The notes under the pieces were generated by a model, which saw only the letters and a program-made list of their open reading frames with translations, had not been told where the DNA came from and did no database searches. The position numbers were made by a program, and so were the translations under genes. A DNA stretch of 37,502 nt, from NCBI GenBank assembly GCA_038108555.1, contig JAYNIA010000023.1:1-37502 (forward strand), read 5' to 3'. Position 1 is the stretch's first letter; every line of letters begins with the position of its first letter. This DNA comes from Nitrospinota bacterium. Lineage in GTDB: Bacteria; Nitrospinota; Nitrospinia; Nitrospinales; VA-1. Positions 28,468-37,502 of the stretch are shown one piece after another.

Positions 28468-31400
28468 AACCCTCCGATCTATCCATCCGTGAACAGGCAT
28501 TAGACCCAAAACACTCATACATTGTTCAGGCTCCAGCAGGTTCCGGCAAAACCGAATTGCTCATTCAACGTTATTTAAAGCTATTGGGCGGGGTCCGCCA
28601 ACCGGAAGAAATCCTGGCCATGACATTTACCCGCAAGGCTTCGGGCGAAATGAAAACCCGTATTTTTGCAGCACTGACCTTGGCTCAAAATGATTCACCT
28701 CCTACCGAGGAGCATCAGTTACAAACTTGGAATCTGGCACGATTGGCTCTTAAAAGGAATCAGGAATTAGGATGGAGGTTATTAGAAAATCCTGCCCGAT
28801 TGAGAGTAGTTACCATAGATTCCTTTTGCACGTTCCTGACCAAAAGAACACCCTTGCTCTCCAAAATGGGAGGCCCCGCTGAAGTTCAGGAAAACATTCA
28901 AGATCTGTATTTGCAGACCGCAAACCAAATTCTTTCCAGAATAGAAAAAAAGGATGATCCTTATGCAGATCTTATTCGCGCTCTTTTAAAACATTTGGAC
29001 AATGATAAAAATGCTTTCTTAATGCGTATCGTCCAATTGTTAAATTTGCGGGATCAATGGATGATCTCTTTTTTCGACAAGTATGAAAATATCAAAGAAC
29101 ATTTACTGGACCACTCGCATAGGGAAAAATTAGCCGGGATATATTCCGAATTGATTGAGATGCAGCTAAAAAATGCTCACCACCTCTTTCCAGACAAATT
29201 GAAAACTGAAATTATTTCTTATGCCGCCTATGCAGGTGATAACCTTTCCTGCTCCCAACCTGAAAGCAGCATGTCTTGTTTAAAATACTTGGATGCATTC
29301 CCGAATCCCTCGATTAAAAGCCTTGATGAATGGAAAGGCATCGCGAATCTACTTTTAACCGGCACAGGAACTTTAAGAAAACAGGCAGATAAAAACCTGG
29401 GGTTCCCCGCTGAAAATAAAGAAATAAAAAAAGATTTTAAATCATTCCTCGAATCACTGAGCAATTTAAAATCTCTGCAAAAATCCCTCGACAAAATCAG
29501 GTTTCTTCCTTCCCCTCATTTCAGTGACTATGAATGGGATATTTTGAGAGCAACCCTTAGATTGCTGCCCGAAATCGAATTGAAATTGAGGGAACTTTTG
29601 CAGGACAACGAACTGAGTGATTTCAGCGAAATATCTCTCGCCGCTTTAAAAGCTTTTGGAAATGACTTAAACCCGACCGATCTCGGCAAATATCTGGATG
29701 ACAAGATTCAACATATCCTGGTAGATGAATATCAGGACACCTCTTACAAACAAGAGGAGTTATTAAAAAAACTGACTGCCGAATGGGAACCTGATAAAGG
29801 ACGCACCCTTTTTATCGTAGGGGACCCGAAACAATCCATTTACAGGTTTCGTGATGCAGAAGTGGGTTTATTTCTTAAAACCCAAAAAGAAGGAATCGGA
29901 AACCTCAAGCTCAAAAACCTTACGCTTGAGTCAAATTTTCGATCCCAGGAAAAAGTTGTTAACTGGGTTAATGATTGTTTCGAGAAAATATTACCCCATG
30001 AAAACAATCCCCATTCCGGTGCCATCGCCTTTTCAAAATCGACAGCAGTTCATGGAAGCGAACCTTACCCGGGTGTTGTTCTGCATCCTTCAAACCCGGA
30101 AACAGACACATTGTTGGCTTCCAAAGAAGAGGCGCGCGATGTTTCCGATTTAATCCGAACCATTCGCAGTGAATCAGCCGACTCTTCAATCGCGATTCTT
30201 GTGAGGAGTAGGACGCATTTGAGGGAAATTATCCGAGAATTGGAATCGGATGGCATTCCCTTCAAAGCAGAATCAATTTACAACCTTACTGACCGTCCGG
30301 CAATAATAGACCTACTGTCTTTGATGAAAGCTCTGCTTTCACCGGTTGATAGAGTCGCCTGGCTATCTATTTTAAGAGCTCCCTGGTCCGGCATATCCAT
30401 AAAAGACATACAACTGCTTTGCGAAAAAAACCCGGAAGTACCCGTTTGGAGTTTATTAACCCGGCCCGAATTGGTATCCAATCTATCCCAGGATGGCCAA
30501 CAACAAATCCAGCGATTAGTTTCCATATTACAACCGACCCTAGATGAATTACCTTCAAACAATTTCCGCGATCTGCTGGAAAATTGCTGGATTCGATTAG
30601 GAGGTCCAGCCTGCCTTCAAGGAACCCCTCCTCCTGATATCGAAACTTTTTTCGATGAAGTCGAACGCATTATGCAAAAAGGTGAGGTCAACAAAATTGA
30701 GCGTTTCAATCTTGTTATTGAAAACCTTTATGCTAGCCCCTTGAACCTGAATGAAAACTCCGTCCAAATAATGACCATGCATAAGGCAAAAGGACTGGAG
30801 TTTGACTATGTAATCCTTCCTGGACTTGGGAAAAGACCTAAACCTGAAAGCAAACGGCTGCTTTTCTGGATGCCTTATGGAGATGAATTACTCCTGGCCC
30901 CCATGGAGGAAAAAGGCAGCGATCCCTCTCCCATTTATAAATTCCTGGCGGACATGGACAAAGAAAAGGATGAGCATGAAATGCTCCGTCTTCTATATGT
31001 AGCAGCAACCAGGGCTAAAAAACAATTGCACCTCTTCGGAAAAACCAAGAGCACTAACTTTCCCGAATCAAACTCTTTACTCGAAAGCCTTTGGCCATTT
31101 TTGAAATCCAATTGGAACTATTTAAATCCCGGTTTTAAAGATGCCGCAGAAAAAGAAAAAGAATTGAGTCCCGAAGTCATCAGCATAAATCGATTACCTG
31201 CCGATTTTTTACCTCCCCAACCTTTACCCGATATAAGTTCTAATTTGGTAGTGGAAATGGAAGAAGAGAAGGAAATTAATCCCTTTCTTTGGGCGGGTAA
31301 TACCGCCCGAATAAGAGGTGTTGTTACGCACAGGGTATTGCAAACGATAGCAGAACAGGGACTGGATAAATGGTCAGTTGAAAAGTTAGAAAAAATGAGA

Positions 31401-31814
31401 CCTAAGTTTCAGGCCGCTCTTTTGGGTGAGGGACTCCCTTTTGAGCAAATTAAAATGACCTTGGAGTTAGTGATGGAAGGTTTGAAGAATACGCTAAATG
31501 ACCCAAAAGGACGATGGATTCTTTCCGATCATGAGGAAAGTCGTGCAGAATACCCTCTAACACTTAAATCAAAAAACCATTTCACCCGGAAAATAATAGA
31601 CCGAACATTCATTGAAAACGGGGTGCGGTGGATCATTGACTATAAAACCGGCCGACACGAAGGAGAAAGTCTAGATAAGTTTTTAGATAATGAAGTGGAA
31701 CGCTATTTGCCACAGCTAAGAGGGTATGAATCTCTTCTTAAAAAATATGGTGAATTGCGCCCGATAAAAAAAGCACTATATTTCCCTATGCTCAAAGCCT
31801 GGCGAGAAATTTAG
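28461..31814 (+). CDS. AddA/RexA-like UvrD helicase-nuclease
   Basis: APAGSGKT, MTFTRKA, LVDEYQDT, VGDPKQSIYRFR, MTMHKAKGLEF and LLYVAATRAK; C-terminal IIDR...IIDYKT nuclease. Confidence 0.92.
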   Translation: MVKPSDLSIREQALDPKHSYIVQAPAGSGKTELLIQRYLKLLGGVRQPEEILAMTFTRKASGEMKTRIFAALTLAQNDSPPTEEHQLQTWNLARLALKRNQELGWRLLENPARLRVVTIDSFCTFLTKRTPLLSKMGGPAEVQENIQDLYLQTANQILSRIEKKDDPYADLIRALLKHLDNDKNAFLMRIVQLLNLRDQWMISFFDKYENIKEHLLDHSHREKLAGIYSELIEMQLKNAHHLFPDKLKTEIISYAAYAGDNLSCSQPESSMSCLKYLDAFPNPSIKSLDEWKGIANLLLTGTGTLRKQADKNLGFPAENKEIKKDFKSFLESLSNLKSLQKSLDKIRFLPSPHFSDYEWDILRATLRLLPEIELKLRELLQDNELSDFSEISLAALKAFGNDLNPTDLGKYLDDKIQHILVDEYQDTSYKQEELLKKLTAEWEPDKGRTLFIVGDPKQSIYRFRDAEVGLFLKTQKEGIGNLKLKNLTLESNFRSQEKVVNWVNDCFEKILPHENNPHSGAIAFSKSTAVHGSEPYPGVVLHPSNPETDTLLASKEEARDVSDLIRTIRSESADSSIAILVRSRTHLREIIRELESDGIPFKAESIYNLTDRPAIIDLLSLMKALLSPVDRVAWLSILRAPWSGISIKDIQLLCEKNPEVPVWSLLTRPELVSNLSQDGQQQIQRLVSILQPTLDELPSNNFRDLLENCWIRLGGPACLQGTPPPDIETFFDEVERIMQKGEVNKIERFNLVIENLYASPLNLNENSVQIMTMHKAKGLEFDYVILPGLGKRPKPESKRLLFWMPYGDELLLAPMEEKGSDPSPIYKFLADMDKEKDEHEMLRLLYVAATRAKKQLHLFGKTKSTNFPESNSLLESLWPFLKSNWNYLNPGFKDAAEKEKELSPEVISINRLPADFLPPQPLPDISSNLVVEMEEEKEINPFLWAGNTARIRGVVTHRVLQTIAEQGLDKWSVEKLEKMRPKFQAALLGEGLPFEQIKMTLELVMEGLKNTLNDPKGRWILSDHEESRAEYPLTLKSKNHFTRKIIDRTFIENGVRWIIDYKTGRHEGESLDKFLDNEVERYLPQLRGYESLLKKYGELRPIKKALYFPMLKAWREI

Positions 31815-31852
31815 TCCTACATAATTTAATTTACGTATTACCCCAGATTTCC

Positions 31853-33003
31853 TTAACTAACACCCTCTTTACCCATTGGAAATTCCAAAGAAAAACAGCT
31901 TCCCTCGCCAAGTACGCTTTCCACTTTAATAGCCCCGCCCATCAATTCCATCAGGCCTTTCGAAAGATTCAGGCCTATTCCCGTTCCTTCTGCCGAGTTT
32001 ATATCATTTTCAATCCTGCTGAAGGATTTGAAAACCGCATCTAAATTTTCCTCTGAGATACCCACACCCGTATCTTTAACTTTTATGCAAAATTTCCTTT
32101 CGGATGTTTTTTCACCTTCAAAGGCAATCTTTCCGTCAACGCAGTTGTATTTAATGGCATTGGAAATCAAATTTAACAACACCTGTCGCAAACGCACAAT
32201 ATCAGCCCAAACACAACTTTCCCTGCCCGAAGGTATAAAATTGGTAAATTCAATTTTCTTTGGTTCTGCAAGTGGTTTAACGGATACGATCAATTCATCC
32301 ACAAGACCCTTCACATCGACATTCTCAAAGGAAAAAGTCATTTTCCCTGACTCGATTTTTGACAAATCCAGCAATTCATCTATGAGCAAAAGGAGATGAT
32401 TTCCTGCTTCTAAAATGTATTCGACATTCCTTTTTTGATTGTTTGTTAAAGGATCGGAAGAATTCATTTTCAACAATTGTCCAAAACCAAGAATTGAATT
32501 CATCGGGGTTCGCAGTTCATGGCTGACCCGGGCGAGAAATTCAGATTTGGCTTGATTCGCCCTCTCCGCCTCCACCATGGTTTGAGCCATTTCTTTCTCC
32601 AACTGTTTTTTCTCCTGAAGAATTTTCCACTCCTGCAATGCAATTTTTACAAAAGCAGGAAGAAGTGAAAGCGATTTGGAATTTTTGTTCAGATAATTCA
32701 GCGCACCCCTTTTATCGCATTGACAGCTTTTTCCTCATCTCCTTTTCCAGTTAATAAAATAAAAGGGTGAACCAGATCATTCTTTTCTGTGGGTAGCAAT
32801 TCTATTCCACTGCCGTCGGGCAAAAACAAGTCGGTAATTACAATATCAGGAGAAATTTCGGTAATTTTGGCCTTGGCATCAAATAGATTGGACGAAACGA
32901 TAATATTGTATTCCTCAGAATATTCTCTGAACGCCCTTTGCACGGATTCAATATCCGTATCATCATCTTCAACCAAAAGAATTTGGGTCTTTTTCCGGTC
33001 CAT
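31853..33003 (-). pseudogene. Hybrid REC-histidine kinase gene split by a 1-nt frameshift
   Basis: The REC ORF stops at ...AVNAIKGVR*. In the kinase frame, from the AAAAGGGG run at 32706-32713, the reading continues GALNYLNKNSKSLSLLPAFVKIALQEW into the kinase (AKSEFLARVSHELRTP). Adding one base gives a 383-aa protein. Could be a sequencing error. Confidence 0.8.
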
Positions 33004-33048
33004 TTCTATAGAACCAATAAAAATAAAGAGTTTGGGGGTACTTAATCC

Positions 33049-33076
33049 ATGATAGCGAATAATATATTCTGGTCAA
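33049..33076 (-). promoter_or_regulatory. Candidate sigma-70 promoter for the hybrid kinase
   Basis: Minus strand TTGACC-N16-TATCAT. Confidence 0.45.
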
Positions 33077-33516
33077 TATATAAAGTAGTCCCCCATTAAG
33101 GCCGTAAAGTTAAATAGTAAACATACAGTTTGAATAGCCTTTAAATCCTAAGTCAGGCCACCTGGCAGGGGAAAAGCCAGTAAAATTGATTTCATTGAAT
33201 TCAAGGGGGGCTTAAAATGGTTAAAACTAATTCACACCTGTATTTTTGGGTCCGCTTAAAAATCGAGCAATTAAACTTCCTTTTTTGGTGGAAGCATCTC
33301 AAATACTCAAAAAATATGCGTTTGATCCGACGCTGAGGACATCATCAAGAACAGCCCCTCCTCCACCCTCGTTTAAGGTCAACTGATAAAATTATTATTT
33401 ACCTTAGCCAATCGAGCTACCTGCTTCTAAATTTTTCCCATCTTGTGTTTTCTTTCATCATTGGTTAATCTTAAACCTGCAAAGTCTGACGCCCCTAATT
33501 TCTTGAAGGATATGTA

Positions 33517-34710
33517 ATGGAAGAAGTTCGATACTTCATGGAAGAAACCATAGCCACTGTCGACTCCGATGCTTCGGTAAAAGAAGCTGCGGAGATCATG
33601 AGAGACAACTCTATCAGCTCTCTTTTGGTAAAACATGGTGGAAACTATTCGGGAATTCTTACCGATACAGATTTGACTCGAAAACTGGTCGCCAGGAATT
33701 TGGACCCCAGTCAAACCTCTGTTTCAGCAATAGCCAGCAAATCCTTAATATCTATTGAGTCCGATTCCACCATGGCCGAAGCTTATGACTGCATGAAACA
33801 AAAAAATATTCGCCATCTTGCTATTACCAAGAATGAAAAAATTAATGGAGTTTTATCTATAAAGGATTTTGCCAACTATTATCACAATAAACATTCCGGG
33901 ACGGGAGAAGATAATGGTGATATAGAGTATTTCATGCAAAGTTCGGTTCTTAACATAGAGTCTTACGAAACGGTTCTTACCGCAGCCGAAAAAATGGCCA
34001 ACAGAAAAGTTGGTGCCCTTCTGGTAACCGAACAAGGCAAAGGGAAAGGCATTCTTTCAGAGTCAACCATAACAATGGATATTGTTGCCGCAGGGTTGGA
34101 TTTTGCAAATACAAAAATCTCTTCCGTTTTAACCCGGCAAATTAAAACCATAGACTGTAGCCAGACCATGAGTTCGGCTTATCAGAAGATGCGGGAAAAT
34201 AATGTCAGGCATCTTTTTGTAACACGCGGAAAAAAAATCGCAGGAATGCTCTCCATAAGAGATTTTGCGAATTACTATAATTTCAAATTCTGCAAACAAA
34301 TAGATGAGGAAGACAGAGTCAGGCATTATATGCAGGAAAACCTGGAAACTATTCCAGAAACCATGAGCGTACAAAAAGCTGCGGAGATCATGAAGGAAAA
34401 GGAAATTGGATCTCTTCTGGTTAAAGACCTCGAGGAAGTCACAGGAATAGTTACGGAAGTTGACTTTACAAGAGCGGTTCTAGGAAGTCATCTGAATCCA
34501 GAAAGAACCCCGGTATCTAAAGTAATGAGATCTCCCTTAAAGCTTGATGAAACCAAACCCATGGATGAGGCTTTAACAATGATGCACGATAACGACACAA
34601 AGTATGTCGCCATTACCAACGAGTCAAAGGTTGTGGGGATAATTTCTTTAAAAGATATAACCATATACTATAAGCATAAATACATCCTCGCCAATGATAT
34701 GGATGAATAA
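33517..34710 (+). CDS. CBS-only protein with three tandem CBS pairs
   Basis: Three modules of about 130 aa beginning VRYFM / IEYFM / VRHYM and ending GVLSIKDFANYY / GMLSIRDFANYY / GIISLKDITIYY; AAGGA RBS. Confidence 0.9.
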   Translation: MEEVRYFMEETIATVDSDASVKEAAEIMRDNSISSLLVKHGGNYSGILTDTDLTRKLVARNLDPSQTSVSAIASKSLISIESDSTMAEAYDCMKQKNIRHLAITKNEKINGVLSIKDFANYYHNKHSGTGEDNGDIEYFMQSSVLNIESYETVLTAAEKMANRKVGALLVTEQGKGKGILSESTITMDIVAAGLDFANTKISSVLTRQIKTIDCSQTMSSAYQKMRENNVRHLFVTRGKKIAGMLSIRDFANYYNFKFCKQIDEEDRVRHYMQENLETIPETMSVQKAAEIMKEKEIGSLLVKDLEEVTGIVTEVDFTRAVLGSHLNPERTPVSKVMRSPLKLDETKPMDEALTMMHDNDTKYVAITNESKVVGIISLKDITIYYKHKYILANDMDE

Positions 34711-34760
34711 AGTTCTTAACTATCCCCCTTTTTCCTTTCCAAACTCCCTATTTTCCCTAA

Positions 34761-35546
34761 GTGGAACACCCCATTAAAAACAATCAAACTTTAGTAATAA
34801 TAACTGGCGGTGAAATTCGGCATCAATATTTCATCAACAAGTTAAATGCCCAATTTCCTATAGCCGCAATTTTCATAGAGTCCAAAGATTTTCCAGAACC
34901 ACCCGCCACAACCGACGAAGAAAGAGAAGCCTGGAACTGGTTCTTTGATAGAAGAAAAATTTTTGAAACTAGAACCATCACACCCAAACTAAATTTCAAA
35001 AACCAAAACAAGCCGGACATTTTCTATCTCAAAAAGAATGAACTGAACTCTCCCCACACACAATCTCTGCTAAATAAATATTCTCCCGGGTTCATTGCAA
35101 TATTCGGCACAGGAATTATCGGCGATAGCTTGCTTTCCCATTATCCCGACTGCATCTTTAACCTTCACACTGGAATACCTGAATTTTACAGAGGGTCTTC
35201 CTGCAATTTTTGGCCGATACATAATGGGGACTTAAAAATGTTAGGAGCTACTGTCCACCGCGTAGAAAAAGGATTGGATACCGGAAATATTGCTGTGGAA
35301 CAACATATCAAGTTGGAAATGGATGATAACGAACAGTCACTAATTTGGAAAACCCTGGAAACGGGAGCCCAGTTAATGGCGGAAACTATTGAAAAATGGA
35401 AATCAGGAACCCTGCACTTAAAAAAGCAAAAGCGGACAGGAACTTTATACAAAATGAAAGACTTAAAACCGGCAGCAATTTTAAAAGTAAAAAAGATGGT
35501 AGAATCAGGAGAGTTAAAATTGCAAATCAAATCAGCTTTAGGTTGA
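34761..35546 (+). CDS. Formyltransferase family protein (Formyl_trans_N domain only)
   Basis: FNLHTG...YRG, GATVH and GLDTGNI retain the catalytic N/H/D. No Fmt C-terminal domain. Confidence 0.8.
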   Translation: MEHPIKNNQTLVIITGGEIRHQYFINKLNAQFPIAAIFIESKDFPEPPATTDEEREAWNWFFDRRKIFETRTITPKLNFKNQNKPDIFYLKKNELNSPHTQSLLNKYSPGFIAIFGTGIIGDSLLSHYPDCIFNLHTGIPEFYRGSSCNFWPIHNGDLKMLGATVHRVEKGLDTGNIAVEQHIKLEMDDNEQSLIWKTLETGAQLMAETIEKWKSGTLHLKKQKRTGTLYKMKDLKPAAILKVKKMVESGELKLQIKSALG

Positions 35547-35587
35547 CGCTAGTCACTCCAAATCATTTTTAACGAAGAGCCAAAACA

Positions 35588-36055
35588 ATGCCGATTAAAA
35601 TTACCCGAATTTGCATGTGGGTACTGATTCTCAGTCTTTTCTTGCGAGTCGACCAGGCATTTGCTCAGGCAGAAGAGGAAGAAAAATTCACGACTCTTGG
35701 CCCTATTGGGATCTCAAACAAATATACATTGCCCGAAAACAGAAGAACCATAATCTTTAGAATTAAGAACTACACCTCTAGGAGCATAAATAAAATTTTC
35801 GGAAGGGTATTTTTGATAAGAAAAAACGAAACCGATCCGGCTAAAAAATTTATCCTGCTAAACAATCCTCATAAAGGAGGAGCCATAACCAAAGGGAGGC
35901 CTCATCGGCCCGGAACCATATCAGAATGGAGTTTTAATTTGATTGAGGAGCCAATCCGGGTGTTACAAGACATCGACTACACCCTTCAGGTTCACCCGAG
36001 ATCTATTTTTTATGTCAATATAGAACCCCCAAAAGCTACTGAGGGAACCCCCTAA
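35588..36055 (+). CDS. Hypothetical exported protein
   Basis: Signal-peptide-like MPIKITRICMWVLILSLFLRVDQAFA; beta-strand-rich mature part; no family recognised. Confidence 0.65.
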   Translation: MPIKITRICMWVLILSLFLRVDQAFAQAEEEEKFTTLGPIGISNKYTLPENRRTIIFRIKNYTSRSINKIFGRVFLIRKNETDPAKKFILLNNPHKGGAITKGRPHRPGTISEWSFNLIEEPIRVLQDIDYTLQVHPRSIFYVNIEPPKATEGTP

Positions 36056-36064
36056 AAGTGAACC

Positions 36065-37502
36065 TCAACCTGCTTCAATAACTTTCCTACTGGAAATAGA
36101 TCGGATGGCCTGCAAAAGCTCATTGCAAGTAACATCGCCCTTTTTAAATATTCGTTCGACATCCCCTTGAAGACGCCCCTTTTCTTCCAGAGTTAACTCT
36201 TTGGCTGAAATTATTACTATTGGAATAGACCTCCATAGCGGATTTTGTCGCAATCGCTGAACCACTTCGAAACCATTTATTCCAGGGATAATTACATCGA
36301 GTAAAATCAAACCCGGCAGATCATTTTTTTCCAAAGTTTTAAAAGTGGATGGTCCATCGAAAGCTTCAATTACATTCCACCCATCTTTTCCCAGCATTCG
36401 GCGCAAAGCTTCCCGGTTTATGGCATCATCCTCAACAACCAAAATAGAAAATTCTCGGGAGGTTTTTTATAATTTTTTCAATATGGAAACAAAATAATCC
36501 CAATCCAGAGGTTTTGTTAAAAACTCTTCCACCCCTGCTTTCCTGGATCTCTCTTCTTCTTCAGAATCGCTCAAAATAACTACAGGTATATTTTTTAGTT
36601 TAGGATGTTCTTTTATTCTTTTTATAATCTCCCATCCACTCATCCCTCCAATTCTCACATCCAAAATGATTATTTGCGGGATCATTTTTTCAGCAATTTT
36701 AAAACCTTCAAATCCATCCTTCGCAATTTCTACCTGGTAGCCTTCTCTTTCCAAAAACTTCCTAATCAAGTTATTGACAATCACATCATCATCAATAACT
36801 AAAACCTGATCGGCCTCAAATTCGACCAGTGAAGAATCCGTTCTAGTACTTTGATTGCTTTTTCTTGATAAAACATCTTCAGAAAGGTATTTTTTGGCCC
36901 ACTCCGACCAGCCTTGGGAAATATGTGATTCAGCAGCTCTTATTTTAGTGAAGTCCTGTGGGAGGAATAAGGTAAATGAGGAGCCTTTGCCCGGTTCGCT
37001 GGTTGCCTGAATATCTCCACCTAACAACTGGGCCAGCCGCTTGCTGATGGTCAATCCCAATCCCGTTCCACCAAATTTTCGAGTGGCCGAATTGTCGGCC
37101 TGAGTAAACTCTTCAAATAATTCCGGAATCTTGTCCGGGTCAATTCCAATCCCTGAATCGGTGATTGTAAAATGAATCCATTTTTCTCCTTCCACCACTT
37201 TTCCGGTCACTGACAAGACCACCTTTCCTCTTTCGGTAAACTTACAAGAGTTCCCCAAAAGGTTTAGAAGTATCTGGCGAATACGGGTGGAGTCGGAATT
37301 CATTTTTTCCGGAGAGTTAAGAATTTTTGTTTCGATTCTATTATGTTTCTTTTGAGCCAAAGGACGGATGGTCGCCATCACTTCGTCAATGAGCTGCTTC
37401 AAGGAGAATGATTCAGAATGAACTTCCATTTTTCCCGCTTGTATCTTGGAAATTTCAAGAATTTCATTGATTAAACCCAGCAAGTGGCGGCCTGCAAGTT
37501 CT
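36065..37502 (-). pseudogene. Hybrid histidine kinase (HisKA-HATPase-REC-REC), 5' part outside the window, interrupted by an in-frame TAA at 36467-36469
   Basis: Frame is open to the window end (ELAGRHLLGLINEILEISK). NLLGNSCKFT, DSGIGI and GGTGLGL are present. After REC1, ...SILKKL*KTSREFSILVVEDD continues in the same frame into REC2, which has no ATG or SD of its own. Confidence 0.75.

Noticed and set aside
25786..31814. Helicase-nuclease pair as a defence system or Cas4-like module
   Set aside because: Order, size and motifs fit housekeeping AddAB-type recombination; no CRISPR array or defence genes nearby.
33162..33180. CTGGCAGGGGAAAAGCCAG as a sigma-54 promoter or terminator
   Set aside because: GG-N10-GC spacing is present but the TTGC -12 element is not. 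It lies about 340 bp from the next gene, and the 5-bp stem has no U tract.
33080..33516. ncRNA, c-di-GMP riboswitch or small gene in the long intergenic region
   Set aside because: No convincing consensus, stable multi-stem structure, or ORF with RBS. An Rfam scan would settle it.

Overview
A moderately AT-rich bacterial chromosomal window of housekeeping and signalling genes. I see no rRNA, tRNA, CRISPR array, prophage or IS element. The gene set (SmbP-like His protein, USP-PCP_red fusion, SpoVG, sigma-54 flagellar promoter, AddAB-type pair) suggests a Nitrospinota/Nitrospirota-like or deltaproteobacterial organism; this is an inference only. In order: a window-truncated acidic membrane protein missed by the ORF track; sulfurtransferase plus Rieske ferredoxin; an SmbP-like periplasmic His protein; a sigma-54 flgB-fliE operon lacking flgC, divergent from a 933-aa multi-GAF enhancer-binding protein; spoVG; ahcY; msbA-like/oleA/oleB; a USP-USP-(PCP_red)x3/Zn-ribbon protein; class II aldolase; ABC1/UbiB kinase; M16A peptidase; a response regulator/CheC/PAS-kinase triad; DMT transporter; VOC protein; moaCDE; an addB/addA-like pair; a hybrid kinase split by a 1-nt frameshift; a six-CBS protein; a formyltransferase; a hypothetical exported protein; and a hybrid kinase split by an in-frame TAA. 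The best leads are the flgC-less sigma-54 module with enhancer-like repeats beside an unusual activator, the ABC exporter coupled to oleAB without oleCD, the USP/PCP_red/CxxC protein, the two-helix His-heptad SmbP-like protein, and the two interrupted hybrid kinases. None can be shown to be a new system from sequence alone.
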